A stretch of 61,483 nt of DNA, the filler included, from Globobulimina sp. (taxonomy: Eukaryota), in NCBI GenBank assembly GCA_003354225.1. It is 19 parts of 19 records of this genome, joined end to end, with 100 filler letters (N's around TTAATTAATTAA, not from the genome) between each part and the next. Parts side by side here need not be neighbours in the genome. Positions count along the whole stretch, not along the records: positions 29,180 to 32,320 come from PIVH01003604.1; positions 32,421 to 35,561 come from PIVH01003605.1; positions 35,662 to 38,802 come from PIVH01003606.1; positions 38,903 to 42,043 come from PIVH01003607.1; positions 42,144 to 45,284 come from PIVH01003608.1; 14 more parts are not named here. One strand, 5' to 3'. The position numbers and the translations under genes were made by a program. The notes beneath the pieces are model-generated. The model did not search any database, was not told where the DNA came from, and saw only the letters and a list, made by a program, of their open reading frames with translations. Below are positions 31,992 through 42,918 of this stretch, one piece after another (positions within the stretch are counted from its first letter, which is position 1; each line of letters opens with the position of its first letter).

Positions 31992-32420
31992 CAAATTTAT
32001 ATTTAGCTAAATTATATTTACTATCTCGTTTCCCCTCCAAATCGCTTTTGTTGTGTTTTAATTTATACGATTTTGTGTTTATCGTTATAATATGTTTTAG
32101 GCTTTTTTCGTGTGTTTCTTCTACGTAATATTAATATTAATTGAGAGTGTGTTTTAATTTAATTTTTTGTATTAGTTTTGTTTGTGTTGATGTCTTGATG
32201 ACTATGACTATGTGTTAGTGAACTAGTCATGATCTGTGTTGTGTGTTTGCGTTTGTGTTTGTTTTTGTTTTTGTATTGGCATTTTTGCTTTATCGTAAAT
32301 CTATTTTCTAAGGGAAAAAANNNNNNNNNNNNNNNNNNNNNNNNNNNNNNNNNNNNNNNNNNNNTTAATTAATTAANNNNNNNNNNNNNNNNNNNNNNNN
32401 NNNNNNNNNNNNNNNNNNNN

Positions 32421-32982
32421 GATTGTGGCTGAAAATGAACGCTTGGGATTGCACAAAGAGAAGAAAAGCGGGAATATGAAATTTATGCAAAAATATTACC
32501 ATTCGGGCGTGTTTTATAGGGATGGCAGCATCGTAGAGTCGGGAGTGTTGGATCGGAATTTTAATGCGCCGACAGGTCAGGATAAGTACATTGATTTTGA
32601 CCGCGTGCCCGATGCGATGAAGACCAAGAATTTTGGGAAAATGTCTCAATCGAAATGGACGCATTTGGCCAATGAGGATACGACTTTTGATAAAGAGGAT
32701 AGGGAATGGTTTAAAAAAAAGAAGAGCGGCTTTACTGGTTTGAATGTGGCGGAGAGGGAGAAAATGAATAAGGATCGATATAGATTTCGACATAAAGCAA
32801 ATGAGAATGGCTTTTGGTTTAATAGGGCGGGAACGGGGTCGTTTGATAGGCCGTCGTATAAAAATAGGAATGTCAATAATTCAGATAATACACGATTCGA
32901 AAAGAAAACATTTCAGAATAAAAACAATAATGAATGGGATAGGGATAAAATGAGAAAGAGGAAAGGTAGAAAAACGCGTTAG
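32421..32982 (+). CDS. MFAP1: Splicing factor MFAP1/Spp381, C-terminal part (5'-partial)
   Basis: FMQKYYHSGVFY...APTGQD...KNFGKMSQSKWTHLANEDTT. Confidence 0.92.
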
Positions 32983-33287
32983 GGCTAATATAAGCCCGTT
33001 ATTGTACGATTTATGAAGACTTCACATTGTATCATGTTTTGCTCAAGAAATACTTCTTCGTTCTTTTCTAAAAGTGTTCGAGCCAAATGTTCTTATTTTT
33101 TAAAAGAAAAGTTGCATTTTAAAATCTGACATTACATTTTTCACAAATTCATGATCGTTATCACCAGATTTAATGCAACATTTTCATATATCGACAATAT
33201 GTGTTAATTGAAGGAATTTTGTTGAAATAATTTACAAAATTTCCAACAATTTAAGATACAGTACGACAGTTACAATGTTGGAGTGTT

Positions 33288-33848
33288 TTATTTGCCTTTT
33301 ACCATTTGAATGGATAACCAATTCAATCCATTTTGTAATCCATCTCCAGTCAAACCATTTGTTGACACCATATGGAATGGATTATTATCCAACAAACATT
33401 TCTTTAATGCTAACGCGACTTGAATAGATTTTGTAGTTTGAGCATCTGGTAAATCTTTTTTATTGCAACAAAATAGTATTGGCAATATTTTGTTTTTTTG
33501 TTTTTTATTTTGTAAAAATTTTTGATTCGATAATAAATGGTCCAGCTCATCTTTGACGACACATAAACGAACAGAATCTGTACAATCCACAACAAAGATG
33601 ATTCCATCAATTTCATCGTAATAATATTCCCATAAATTTCTATATTTGGCTTGTCCGCTCATGTCAAACACTTCGAATATAATGTTATTGTATGTAAATT
33701 CTTCTGATTGAAAGCCAATTGTTGGATTTAGTTCTAACTTTTTGCGTTTTTGTGGTTTTAACGTATTCACTATTGTTGATTTACCGCTGTTATCTAATCC
33801 TATGCATATTATTTTCGTTCTGTGTTTCCGAGTTAAAACATTTCCCAC
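33288..33848 (-). CDS. ARL6: Arf-like GTPase, ARL6/BBS3-like (start codon uncertain)
   Basis: GLDNSGKST, PTIGF, FDMSGQAKYRNLWEYYY, CNKKDL. Confidence 0.8.
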   Translation of the reverse strand: MGNVLTRKHRTKIICIGLDNSGKSTIVNTLKPQKRKKLELNPTIGFQSEEFTYNNIIFEVFDMSGQAKYRNLWEYYYDEIDGIIFVVDCTDSVRLCVVKDELDHLLSNQKFLQNKKQKNKILPILFCCNKKDLPDAQTTKSIQVALALKKCLLDNNPFHMVSTNGLTGDGLQNGLNWLSIQMVKGK

Positions 33849-33988
33849 ATTCCAGGGCAAAGTGTGTTAGAAATGTCCAACAAACATATAATCATTATAT
33901 TAGCTCACATGACGTCAACATTCAGCCATATTGATTATTCTTGGATTTATTATAGTTTTTCTTTTTTGAGTGAGTCCACTAAGAAAGA

Positions 33989-34723
33989 ATGACACATGAA
34001 CAAGCTTACTGCAATAGCTTATCTCCAGAGAAGTATTTACGAAGAAAGGACAATAATTTATTGTCACCCTGCAATTCGTATGATAGCCGTGAAATTGGTG
34101 ATGAGGCGTTGAGCTGGGAATTAAGCTCAGCCAAATCAGGTCACGGTGTTCAACAATTACGTGATAATAATTTAACAACATTCTGGCAAAGTGATGGAAT
34201 GGTACCACATAAAGTAACCATACTATTTCATAAAAAACAAATCATGCAAAATATTGCAATATACACTGATTATAAATTGGATGAGTCCTATACGCCACAA
34301 GACATTATGATAAAAGCCTCGTCTTCGTCCTTACATAACTATGAAAACCATATTGTTACAAAAAAAACACTCCATGAGCCCACCGGGTGGATTATATTAC
34401 CACTTCGACCGCATAAACGACAAAATAAATTCGATAAATATCTCAAAACAAATAAAATTATTTTTCAAATTAAATCAAGTCACCAATCTGGCAGAGATAC
34501 TCATATTCGACAAATCAAAATATATGCTCCAAATTCGTACAATGTAAATAATAATAATAATAAATCGATATTTAATAATTATTATTTTAAGGAAAGCAAT
34601 CATTTATCGGACAGTGATGATGATGATGAGGAGGAAGAGGATAAAAAACAAAATAAAAAACTTATATTTAAATCAAAAGCTATTAATTCAGAAGCATTAT
34701 TGCAAGACGATTCCATTCGATAA
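33989..34723 (+). CDS. ANAPC10: Anaphase-promoting complex subunit 10 (DOC1)
   Basis: REIG...WELSSAKSGHGVQQLRD...TFWQSDG, DYKLDESYTP, HQSGRDTHIRQIK. Confidence 0.95.
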   Translation: MTHEQAYCNSLSPEKYLRRKDNNLLSPCNSYDSREIGDEALSWELSSAKSGHGVQQLRDNNLTTFWQSDGMVPHKVTILFHKKQIMQNIAIYTDYKLDESYTPQDIMIKASSSSLHNYENHIVTKKTLHEPTGWIILPLRPHKRQNKFDKYLKTNKIIFQIKSSHQSGRDTHIRQIKIYAPNSYNVNNNNNKSIFNNYYFKESNHLSDSDDDDEEEEDKKQNKKLIFKSKAINSEALLQDDSIR

Positions 34724-34834
34724 TTCGATAAATTCCTGTCTTGATACTAGTACTTCTCACCTTAGACACCTTTTATTTAATGCATAAAAAACCACAGTTT
34801 TTCATTCGTAAAAAAAAACCCATGCAAATCAAAA

Positions 34835-35302
34835 ATGGATGGCAACCAAACTCGCAATTTCTGTTCCGCTGTGTTCTGTGCAGCAAACACATTTTGGGTA
34901 GCATCAGCTTTGCACAAATATGGAAAGGAATGGAAAGATGAAAAACTAATTCCACTTCAATTTAATGTCTATGGTAATGTGGGTGCATACGGTCATAAAT
35001 ATATGTTATGGATGTACCCAGCAATCACTTTTGCATGTTTTGTCAGTGCAATGTGGATGGAGAAAAAACACAAAATGAATGAAGAGAACAAATCAAATGA
35101 ATTATTGAAATGGGAGAAAGATTATATTTCATGGACAACAGTTTTAACGTCCACATTGATGCTATATTTAACTGGCAAATCCATTCAAATTGCTACAAAA
35201 AAGCAAAAACCTACTATTGGTGGAAAAGCAATTTCTATAATTCTTGTGATCACTGCAATATACATTTATTATGGTCTTCAAACAAAACCAAGCAAACATT
35301 GA
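34835..35302 (+). CDS. DUF1648/SdpI-like small membrane protein
   Basis: IPLQFNVYGNVGAYGHK motif after TM1; about four hydrophobic segments. Confidence 0.6.
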   Translation: MDGNQTRNFCSAVFCAANTFWVASALHKYGKEWKDEKLIPLQFNVYGNVGAYGHKYMLWMYPAITFACFVSAMWMEKKHKMNEENKSNELLKWEKDYISWTTVLTSTLMLYLTGKSIQIATKKQKPTIGGKAISIILVITAIYIYYGLQTKPSKH

Positions 35303-35423
35303 ACCAGAGATATTAATTGAACTGTTTCGCGCAATATTTGTGAGCTATTGCACTCTCGAATAGCCTCAACTTGTTCAATAATACTTTCATTTTATAATAC
35401 AGTTTTCGTTCAACTTCAAAACA

Positions 35424-35561
35424 ATGTCGTCCACTCGACGTTACCCCACAAAACATGTAAACAACGGACAATCATCAACACCACGGACAAGTACTCACTT
35501 AAATGTCAAAGACTGGTTAAAAATGGCAAAATTATCGGATTATTATCCAATCTTCACTCGG
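35424..35561 (+). CDS. 3'-partial protein starting a SAM-like domain
   Basis: VKDWLKMAKLSDYYPIF. Confidence 0.45.
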
Positions 35562-35661
35562 NNNNNNNNNNNNNNNNNNNNNNNNNNNNNNNNNNNNNNN
35601 NNNNNTTAATTAATTAANNNNNNNNNNNNNNNNNNNNNNNNNNNNNNNNNNNNNNNNNNNN

Positions 35662-36975
35662 ATAACAACAAAACTCATTTTTTTCTTCATTATCAGACAA
35701 ATAATAATGTGCCGAATTCTTATAATCCACATTTAACGCCGACATTGCCGGCATTGCAGGCGCCGACATTGCAGCCTCTCGACCTTGGCATAATAATTTG
35801 ATTTCATTTCTATTTTTATTCTGTAACTGCTCATATTCGCCATCGATAAACGCTCTTTTCATGAGTTCTAAGTCCCGGTCGTCCTCATTATTTACCAACG
35901 ATTGATAGATTTTATTCCTTTTCTCGTCATACAAATTGCGATATTTTGATAACTTTTTTATTTCGGATTTGTCGCATAATAAATCTTTGACAATCCCAAA
36001 TTTCTCCTCATGCTCATCATTGTATTTGGTGGCTACAATCACTCCGTTCTCGTCCTCTTCGTCTGCGGCAATGTCGATTAACTCTCGCAACTCTGAGGAT
36101 ATCTTGGTTTTGTCGCTCTCGCCGCCACCGGCCAATGCAGTGCGGGCTAACTCTTCTTCTTCGTCTTCGTAGTCATCGTCGTCGTCATTGGAAGAAACTA
36201 TTTCAAATTCTTCCTGTGATTCTTGTTCCAGTTCTTTTTTTTCTTCCTTTTCTTGCTCACTTTCTTCCATTTCCGTTTCCATTTTCTGACAAACAAATTG
36301 CTTGCGGTGTTTTTTGATTTCTTTTTTTCTTTTTTTTGATAATTGGTTTTTCAATTTTTTCTTCATTTTTGTTCTGTTATTTACCAAATGCATTGGATGG
36401 GAATGTTTTTTATCATCACTTTTATTCTTACTATTATTATTTTTGTTGTTTGTGTTTGCTGCGAATGTAATTGACTCGAATACAAACGGCTTTATTTTTG
36501 GATAGTTTTTGTTTGGTGACTTGTGGTGTTTGGTTGTTTGTGTTTTTCCGTGTTTATTTCGTATCTTTTCCAATAAATTACTCATATTTTCATTTTTATC
36601 TTTTTCTTGCTTCTTCCAACTTTCCTCCATTTCTCTTCGCAAATCCTCATCTTCATCTTCTTCATCATCTTCATCTTCATCATCATTTGGTTCATCATTA
36701 TTATTATTAGTTATTTCTTCATCTTCTACATTTTCATTTGGTTCATCATTTGGTTCATCATTTGGTTCATCATTTGGTTCATCATTGTTATTAATAGTTA
36801 TTTCTTCATCTTCTACATTCTCATTTAGTTTATCATTAGGTATTTCTCCAAATTTCTTATTGTTATCGGCAATCGCAAATGGATCAAAATACGCATCTGC
36901 CTCATCGTTTGTTTGCGGTGTTATATTTATTTCGTGTTCACTTTCTAAAGTGTCATGTAACGTGGGAACAGCCAT
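35662..36975 (-). CDS. Acidic low-complexity protein, weakly Claspin/Mrc1-like (3'-partial)
   Basis: NDEP repeats and D/E tracts; LRELID...EDDRDLELMKRAFIDGEY recalls the Claspin/Mrc1 C-terminal block. Confidence 0.4.
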
Positions 36976-37038
36976 AATTAAAGTTTTTTAGTTTGAATTG
37001 TTGTTGAAAATTAATGTAAAAAAAGAAAAAAAACTGCA

Positions 37039-38802
37039 TTATTTTTTATTCTCAATAGTAAATTCTGCATAAAATGGGTGCTTTTTGAACCCCTCTTTAA
37101 TGTTTATTGCTTCATTTTTCTTTTCTTGTACAATTTTATGCAATTTACTGGCAAATATTCTATTGGCGATAACAACTCTTCGTGCTGCAGTAATAAAATC
37201 TGTTTCATACGCTGCCATCTTAAATTTCTCCGTATTCTGCAACAAACCAAAATATTTAAGACTTAAATTAAACTGAATCTCCAATTGCTGGAACTTTGCT
37301 GTCAATGACTTATAATTCTTATCATATTCATATATTATGGTTCTATATTGTCGATATGTTATCGGTATCGGTTCATCCACATTGCCAAATATATTAAATC
37401 TGTGCGCAAACCGCAACGACTCATCGCCTAACCGACGTGCTGTATTATTCACATTTTCCTTTTCATCCACATCCAATCTGTCACTCAAACCATCCCAGCA
37501 CAAAATATTGCCATTCTCGCGATTTATTTGATAAAAACATTGAATTAATTCAAAAATACCCAAACAAAGACATCGCTGCGCCTCACTGATCAAATAAATA
37601 TATCTGTCATTGGCCTCAATGGGCCCCAATAACTTACTCGTTTTCTCCTGCTGCTGTTGTACATTTATGCCCTTTTTCTTCAGTTTACGCGCTTTCATCT
37701 TCGCATATTGCGGATTTATTAATTCATCCAACAATTCCAAGTTCACTTTTTGATATCTCTTAAACGCTACATTTTGACAAATTTGCTTCTTTGCTCTGAA
37801 TAGATTCTCTAAATAAAAATAAACATATTCGAGTTCATAATTTGCATACAAAGACATGCTTTGATTTAAATGCAGAAAAATAAAATTTATCTGCGAGTCG
37901 CAACATTTGTCCATGATCCACGCACTGTACGCTGCCGTACAACATTTATATTCTTCCATATCGTTCATTTTGTTATGATATTTCTCGTCAAAACCAGCCA
38001 AATAGGACAGGATGGTCAACCTATCAATTTCCGGTGCCTCAGTCTCCAAAATCTGGAAATTTTTAATGATTCGCTTGGTCCAATCCATCTGTCGCGTGGT
38101 ATGCAATAGTTTCTGTCGAATAATATCACGAACGGCAGTCTCCACTCGACTGAAAAACGTATAATAATCGCCTAAATACTGTTTGTTGGTGGTGCTAAAT
38201 ATGCGGCTCCATTCACATAGCGAATTAAACGACTTTTGTATGAAATGAATCAGCGGTTTGCCACTCCACAAAAACGTGTGATAGCGTTGGAATTGTTCGA
38301 TTATAATCGCTAAAAACGAACGTATCACCACATTCGGCGCAGTATCAAAATTGCCATATCCAAAACCATTGTTAAATGCATCTAAAAACGTCAGAAAAGC
38401 ATCAAACGAGTCCAATTTACACACATTACACAGAAAACGAAGCGATTTGCACCAAGACTTGAACAGTTTAAATGTCTCCAGTTTCTGCGGTATGCGTTGT
38501 TTTCGCGGCGCATGGACGGCTTTATTATTTCCAATGCGATCATCGATGGCAAAGCGCAATTGCTCGGGGTCCAAACCATAACTTTCAGTCTCTATCAAAT
38601 GGTTTACAATCCGCACCAATGTGCTCGCCAACTGCTTTAAACTCTGTATGTTGCCCTTATGCCTCTGCAGTATCTCGCTGCTCACTGTTGCCCTTAAGCC
38701 GCTCACTGAGATTTTCCCGTATGTGCATCGGCAGCTGGGAAAGAAACCGGTTATTCCGATTCCAATCCCTAAAATTAGAATTGATAATGCTGAAAGAACG
38801 TG
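37039..38802 (-). CDS. NAA35: NatC auxiliary subunit NAA35/MAK10, C-terminal part (5'-partial)
   Basis: LYANYELEYVYFYLENL and RFAHRFNIF...P..ITY blocks. Confidence 0.7.
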   Translation of the reverse strand, partial: HVLSALSILILGIGIGITGFFPSCRCTYGKISVSGLRATVSSEILQRHKGNIQSLKQLASTLVRIVNHLIETESYGLDPEQLRFAIDDRIGNNKAVHAPRKQRIPQKLETFKLFKSWCKSLRFLCNVCKLDSFDAFLTFLDAFNNGFGYGNFDTAPNVVIRSFLAIIIEQFQRYHTFLWSGKPLIHFIQKSFNSLCEWSRIFSTTNKQYLGDYYTFFSRVETAVRDIIRQKLLHTTRQMDWTKRIIKNFQILETEAPEIDRLTILSYLAGFDEKYHNKMNDMEEYKCCTAAYSAWIMDKCCDSQINFIFLHLNQSMSLYANYELEYVYFYLENLFRAKKQICQNVAFKRYQKVNLELLDELINPQYAKMKARKLKKKGINVQQQQEKTSKLLGPIEANDRYIYLISEAQRCLCLGIFELIQCFYQINRENGNILCWDGLSDRLDVDEKENVNNTARRLGDESLRFAHRFNIFGNVDEPIPITYRQYRTIIYEYDKNYKSLTAKFQQLEIQFNLSLKYFGLLQNTEKFKMAAYETDFITAARRVVIANRIFASKLHKIVQEKKNEAINIKEGFKKHPFYAEFTIENKK

Positions 38803-38977
38803 NNNNNNNNNNNNNNNNNNNNNNNNNNNNNNNNNNNNNNNNNNNNTTAATTAATTAANNNNNNNNNNNNNNNNNNNNNNNNNNNNNNNNNNNNNNNNNN
38901 NNAGTTTTTTCCAATACTTATTTTTTCTTTAATTTTAATGCAAACTTCACATTAAAAACTTCAAATTAATTGAAACA

Positions 38978-40642
38978 ATGGCAGCTTCAGATGGTTTTGA
39001 GTACTCTTGCGATTATTGCCGTGTGTCATTTGCTAGAGATATCCACATTCAATGCGCCGAATGCCGCGACATTCGCCTATGTTTGACATGTTTTAGCTAC
39101 GGCAAAGAGTTACCGCCCCATCATAACAACCATCATTATTATATTGTTGAATATATTACAAAATCAATATTCAACATCGATAAAACTAAAAAAAAGAAAA
39201 ACAAAAACAATAAAAACGGAGTTAAACACAAATGGCCCGGACACGAAGATATTTTATTATTAGATGGCATTGAAAAATATGGCTTAGGGAATTGGAGCAA
39301 AATTGCACAGCACATCGGCAATAACAAAACATCGAAACAAACCGAATTGCATTATTTACAGACTTATTGTCATCAAAATACAGAGAGTTACATTTCTATA
39401 TTCAATCATAAATATCCTTACACTCAAAAACCACACAAAAACGTATTAGCCGAAGACGAAGATATTATAAACAGCGACAACGACGCCGACGGCGAAGATG
39501 ACAGTGATATTGTAATTATATCCAACGATAAGCCCAAAAAGAAAAAAGCTATGAAAACCAGCAAAAAAGACAAGAAGAAGGACAAAGAGAAGGATATCCC
39601 AATTCATTTAAAAGCATATCCCGACGCTCGTTCATACATTGTGGGTACTCGCGACGTGCACCAATTTGTCAATTATTATCCGTATCGGCACGAATTCGAC
39701 AGCGAATACCAAGAATTGGCTGAGTTATTAATCTCTGATCTGACCGGCACGGATTTAATAAACAATAAAAATATAAACTTACTCAACAACATCGTGCAAT
39801 ATGACGGCATCATCAAAATCCGGAACATTATCAAAAATTTTATATTGGACCGGAAATTGATGCTATTTCATGACAAGCCCTCAACGAAAAAAGTCAAGGA
39901 TGTGAACGGGCCAATGACTGCACAGCAATGTCGGCGATTATTTATCGAGAAATACCAGCCAATTTGCAAATATTTTGCATCCACAAAGGAATATTTGCAG
40001 TTTCTGGAAACCAATGTTTTGATTCGATCGCAGAGATACGACATTGACCAATATGTGGAATGCAGGAAGGCGGGCTGTCGAACCATGGAAGATATCAATG
40101 CGCGAAGACGTGTGTTTGAAGAAGGAAATAATTATTCCCATTCGCGGAGCAATTATAACCATCGGAGGAATAAACGGAGCAAAAAGAAAAGAACGCGCTG
40201 CAATTTGCAGATTATTGACGACTCCGACTCAGAGAATGAGTTTACAGACAACCCACTGTTGTTTGAGGAGCCTCAATTAAAAAAACACAAGAAAACGAAT
40301 AAAAATGCCGGGAAACAGAATAAATTGAATTTGAACAAGCGCTTTTTATCCAAAATGAAGAAAACAAATATTAATGACAACTATGATGACAATATGACGG
40401 AATATGATATATTTAACCAGCCGTCGTATTTGTTGCTGTCGATGGCGGAGAGAGATTTTGTAAGTCATTTGAATATATTGCCGACGCAATATATGCAGTA
40501 CAAATCGGTTATTTTAATGGAGAATACGCGATATGGACTTGTCAAAAAAAAGGAATTAAGGAAATATTTCCCTCATTTGAGTGACCATATAATTCATGAT
40601 TTTTGTGAGTTTTTTCAACGCTTAAAATGGATTCAATTGTAA
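38978..40642 (+). CDS. ADA2: Transcriptional adaptor ADA2 (ZZ, SANT, SWIRM)
   Basis: CDYC...CAEC...LCLTCFSYG..H...H.Y; W..HEDILLLDGIEKYGLGNW..IA.HIG; PYRHEFDSEY...AELLI; C-terminal LLS..E...LP..Y...K. Confidence 0.93.
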   Translation: MAASDGFEYSCDYCRVSFARDIHIQCAECRDIRLCLTCFSYGKELPPHHNNHHYYIVEYITKSIFNIDKTKKKKNKNNKNGVKHKWPGHEDILLLDGIEKYGLGNWSKIAQHIGNNKTSKQTELHYLQTYCHQNTESYISIFNHKYPYTQKPHKNVLAEDEDIINSDNDADGEDDSDIVIISNDKPKKKKAMKTSKKDKKKDKEKDIPIHLKAYPDARSYIVGTRDVHQFVNYYPYRHEFDSEYQELAELLISDLTGTDLINNKNINLLNNIVQYDGIIKIRNIIKNFILDRKLMLFHDKPSTKKVKDVNGPMTAQQCRRLFIEKYQPICKYFASTKEYLQFLETNVLIRSQRYDIDQYVECRKAGCRTMEDINARRRVFEEGNNYSHSRSNYNHRRNKRSKKKRTRCNLQIIDDSDSENEFTDNPLLFEEPQLKKHKKTNKNAGKQNKLNLNKRFLSKMKKTNINDNYDDNMTEYDIFNQPSYLLLSMAERDFVSHLNILPTQYMQYKSVILMENTRYGLVKKKELRKYFPHLSDHIIHDFCEFFQRLKWIQL

Positions 40643-40744
40643 GTCATCAATGTCATTGTTTTATTGTTTCAGTTTGACGCATTGTTGCAAAAAAAATCAA
40701 AGTGCCACATTTTTTTTAGCAAACTTGAAAAACACTTTTGGAAA

Positions 40745-41350
40745 ATGGCAGATATCGATGACTTTGAAGACAAAGATGATTTTGAATTTGAGGATGGTTT
40801 TGAGCTCGAAGGTGATGATGACGATGGAAATGATGGATGGGATGGATGTGATGTTTGTGAACTAAAAGAATCAAATGAAACCGATAAAATATTAAAAGAA
40901 TCACAAAATTCATTAAAACAATATACTCTAAAAAATCAATGTTGGAAATGCAGTGAATGTGAATGTATTAATAATGTGCAAGAAACAAAAACAAAATACA
41001 ACATGAAATGTTTACGTTGCAGTAATATCCAATATATAGCAAATGAGACAAATATATTTGTTTCAAAAATATGGAATACACCAAAGGATTATGAAAAATG
41101 GACATGTAATTATTGCACATATATCAATCCAACCACATTATCAAAGCGATGTGAAATTTGTGGAACAAAAGAAAATGAAAATCCATTAACTGCACCGATA
41201 TTAAATTATGATATGATAAATGTTAATGGTTTGATTCATAACAATATGGATCCTTCTGTCTTTGAAAGAAGATATGAGATTGTAATATGGGCCGCTGCTG
41301 CATTGTTTGTTGCTCTTTTTGTTGGTTACGCATACTTCTTAATTCCATAA
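40745..41350 (+). CDS. Tail-anchored protein with two RanBP2-type zinc fingers
   Basis: WKCSECECIN...CLRC and WTCNYCTYIN...CEICG; C-terminal TM. Confidence 0.7.
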   Translation: MADIDDFEDKDDFEFEDGFELEGDDDDGNDGWDGCDVCELKESNETDKILKESQNSLKQYTLKNQCWKCSECECINNVQETKTKYNMKCLRCSNIQYIANETNIFVSKIWNTPKDYEKWTCNYCTYINPTTLSKRCEICGTKENENPLTAPILNYDMINVNGLIHNNMDPSVFERRYEIVIWAAAALFVALFVGYAYFLIP

Positions 41351-41529
41351 AATTAACATCATTTAATAGTAGTGGAGCACATTCAAGACATTTATTATTA
41401 ACAAAAAAAAATGCTCACATCATCTTCAGATTGTATTTAGTGCGACAACAAAAATAAAAAGTTTATATTTTTATATAAACCAACAAAAACGAAACAAAGA
41501 AAAACAAAAAGCTAAAACATGTCGTGTTA

Positions 41530-42005
41530 TCAAGCTTGTGCTTGTGCTGCAACAATATCACTTCTATAACTCTCTAATGCTTCTGGCGAATGTGTGTTTG
41601 TAGCACGGTTAACTGCAATTGCTCTGTCAATGAGAGTTATTGCTTCATTGTGATCTTTAAAATCTTGGGATAATACCACAGCTAACTCAGCCAATGCATC
41701 AGTATAATCAGGTTTAAGTTGAATTGCTTTTCTTAATTCTTGAACCGCAAACTTTGATAATCCTTTAGTTGCACTGTATGCCATGCCTAAATTACAAAGA
41801 TACAACGGATCGTTTGGGCTGAATCCAACTGCTTTTCTCCTGTGTGAGATGTGTTGCATTAGGGGTCTCCGATATGTACTGAATTTTAAAAAACTCTGTC
41901 AAACACCTCTTTACTTTTTAATCAGTTCGACAGCTTTACGCTTTTTGCCAAAGATGGTAAACCCCTTTGCAAGCATGTCCCCAAGAGAGCAGCAAAAGTT
42001 ATTTA
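41530..42005 (-). CDS. TPR-repeat protein, 5' part cut at an inserted element
   Basis: NFCCSLGDMLA...AVELIK, a short intron, then AVGFSPNDPLYLCNLGMAY...AIQLKPDYTDALAELA. Confidence 0.75.
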
Positions 42006-42043
42006 CAGTAGTGTTCCCGATAAGAGGTACGCATATTAGTACT
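42006..42043. mobile_element. Putative Tc1/mariner/pogo-like terminus (copy 2)
   Basis: 37/38 identical to 9518-9555, preceded by TA, at the contig end. Confidence 0.65.
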
Positions 42044-42143
42044 NNNNNNNNNNNNNNNNNNNNNNNNNNNNNNNNNNNNNNNNNNNNTTAATTAATTAAN
42101 NNNNNNNNNNNNNNNNNNNNNNNNNNNNNNNNNNNNNNNNNNN

Positions 42144-42656
42144 GGTGCCAAAACAGGCGCCGTCGATATTTTCGTGCCGCGCAGACCGCGGCCGATACAA
42201 TTCCTCGCAACGCGGACAGTACAATTTTACGGGAGCTTTGCCTTTTTGATCAGTAATACCCGCTGGTAATACGGCTTGAGAGTTGCAATGATAACGGGGA
42301 CAAGTTCCAAATTCGTGATGGCGGTATTTCTCTAACATGGCATGTAAGCCCCGGTTGGTTAAGATATAGCGAGCATGGATCAAACCGTATAGCACTTCGG
42401 CGTCGTTCTCCACCATTTCTTGATGTTCGTCGGATAGTTCGTGGCGTTCTTCATTCTCGACGTCACAGATTAAGTCTAAGGCGTACTCGTAATACGGCAC
42501 TTGGTTGACCAAGCCGGTCAAGTTGAATTTGTCCTGAATGTACTCGTCGTCCACCTGGCAAAATAACTCGTTGCCTTTTAGTGTCAAGAAATAAGAGACC
42601 CAACCGAAGTCTTCGTCGGTGTCGAAGGAGGAGGACAATTCGTCTTGGGGTTGCAT
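42144..42656 (-). CDS. CSNK2B: Casein kinase II regulatory subunit beta, 3'-partial
   Basis: GNELFCQVDDEYIQDKFNLTGL, LYGLIHARYILT, FGTCPRYHC, VKLYCPRC, IDGACFGT. Confidence 0.97.
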
Positions 42657-42918
42657 GCTGGGATGGGATGGATTTTTGTAAAAAAAGGTTTTTTTATGTT
42701 ATGTTTTAATTTGAGTTTTTGATGATGCAGCGAAGTATAGTGAGATTGTGTGGATTGAGGAGGTTGGATATGTTGTTATGGAAATAAAGTAGAAGATTTA
42801 GTGCGGTTTCTAGTGTTCGAGATGTGTTAGCAGTTAAGACTTCTAATTATGATCGGAGATTATATTAAATAATAACACTAAAAAACAGAAAGCTCATGGA
42901 AGCAGAAGGATAATTAAC

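Noticed and set aside
36680-36830. 12-bp tandem repeat and a duplicated block
   Set aside because: They are in-frame coding repeats (NDEP, NENVEDEEIT) within the acidic protein.
36509-36991. Antisense and overlapping ORFs in the track (e.g. 36509-36991, 11947-12357, 20878-21270, 57852-58229)
   Set aside because: They are shadows of real genes on the opposite strand and carry no recognisable motifs.
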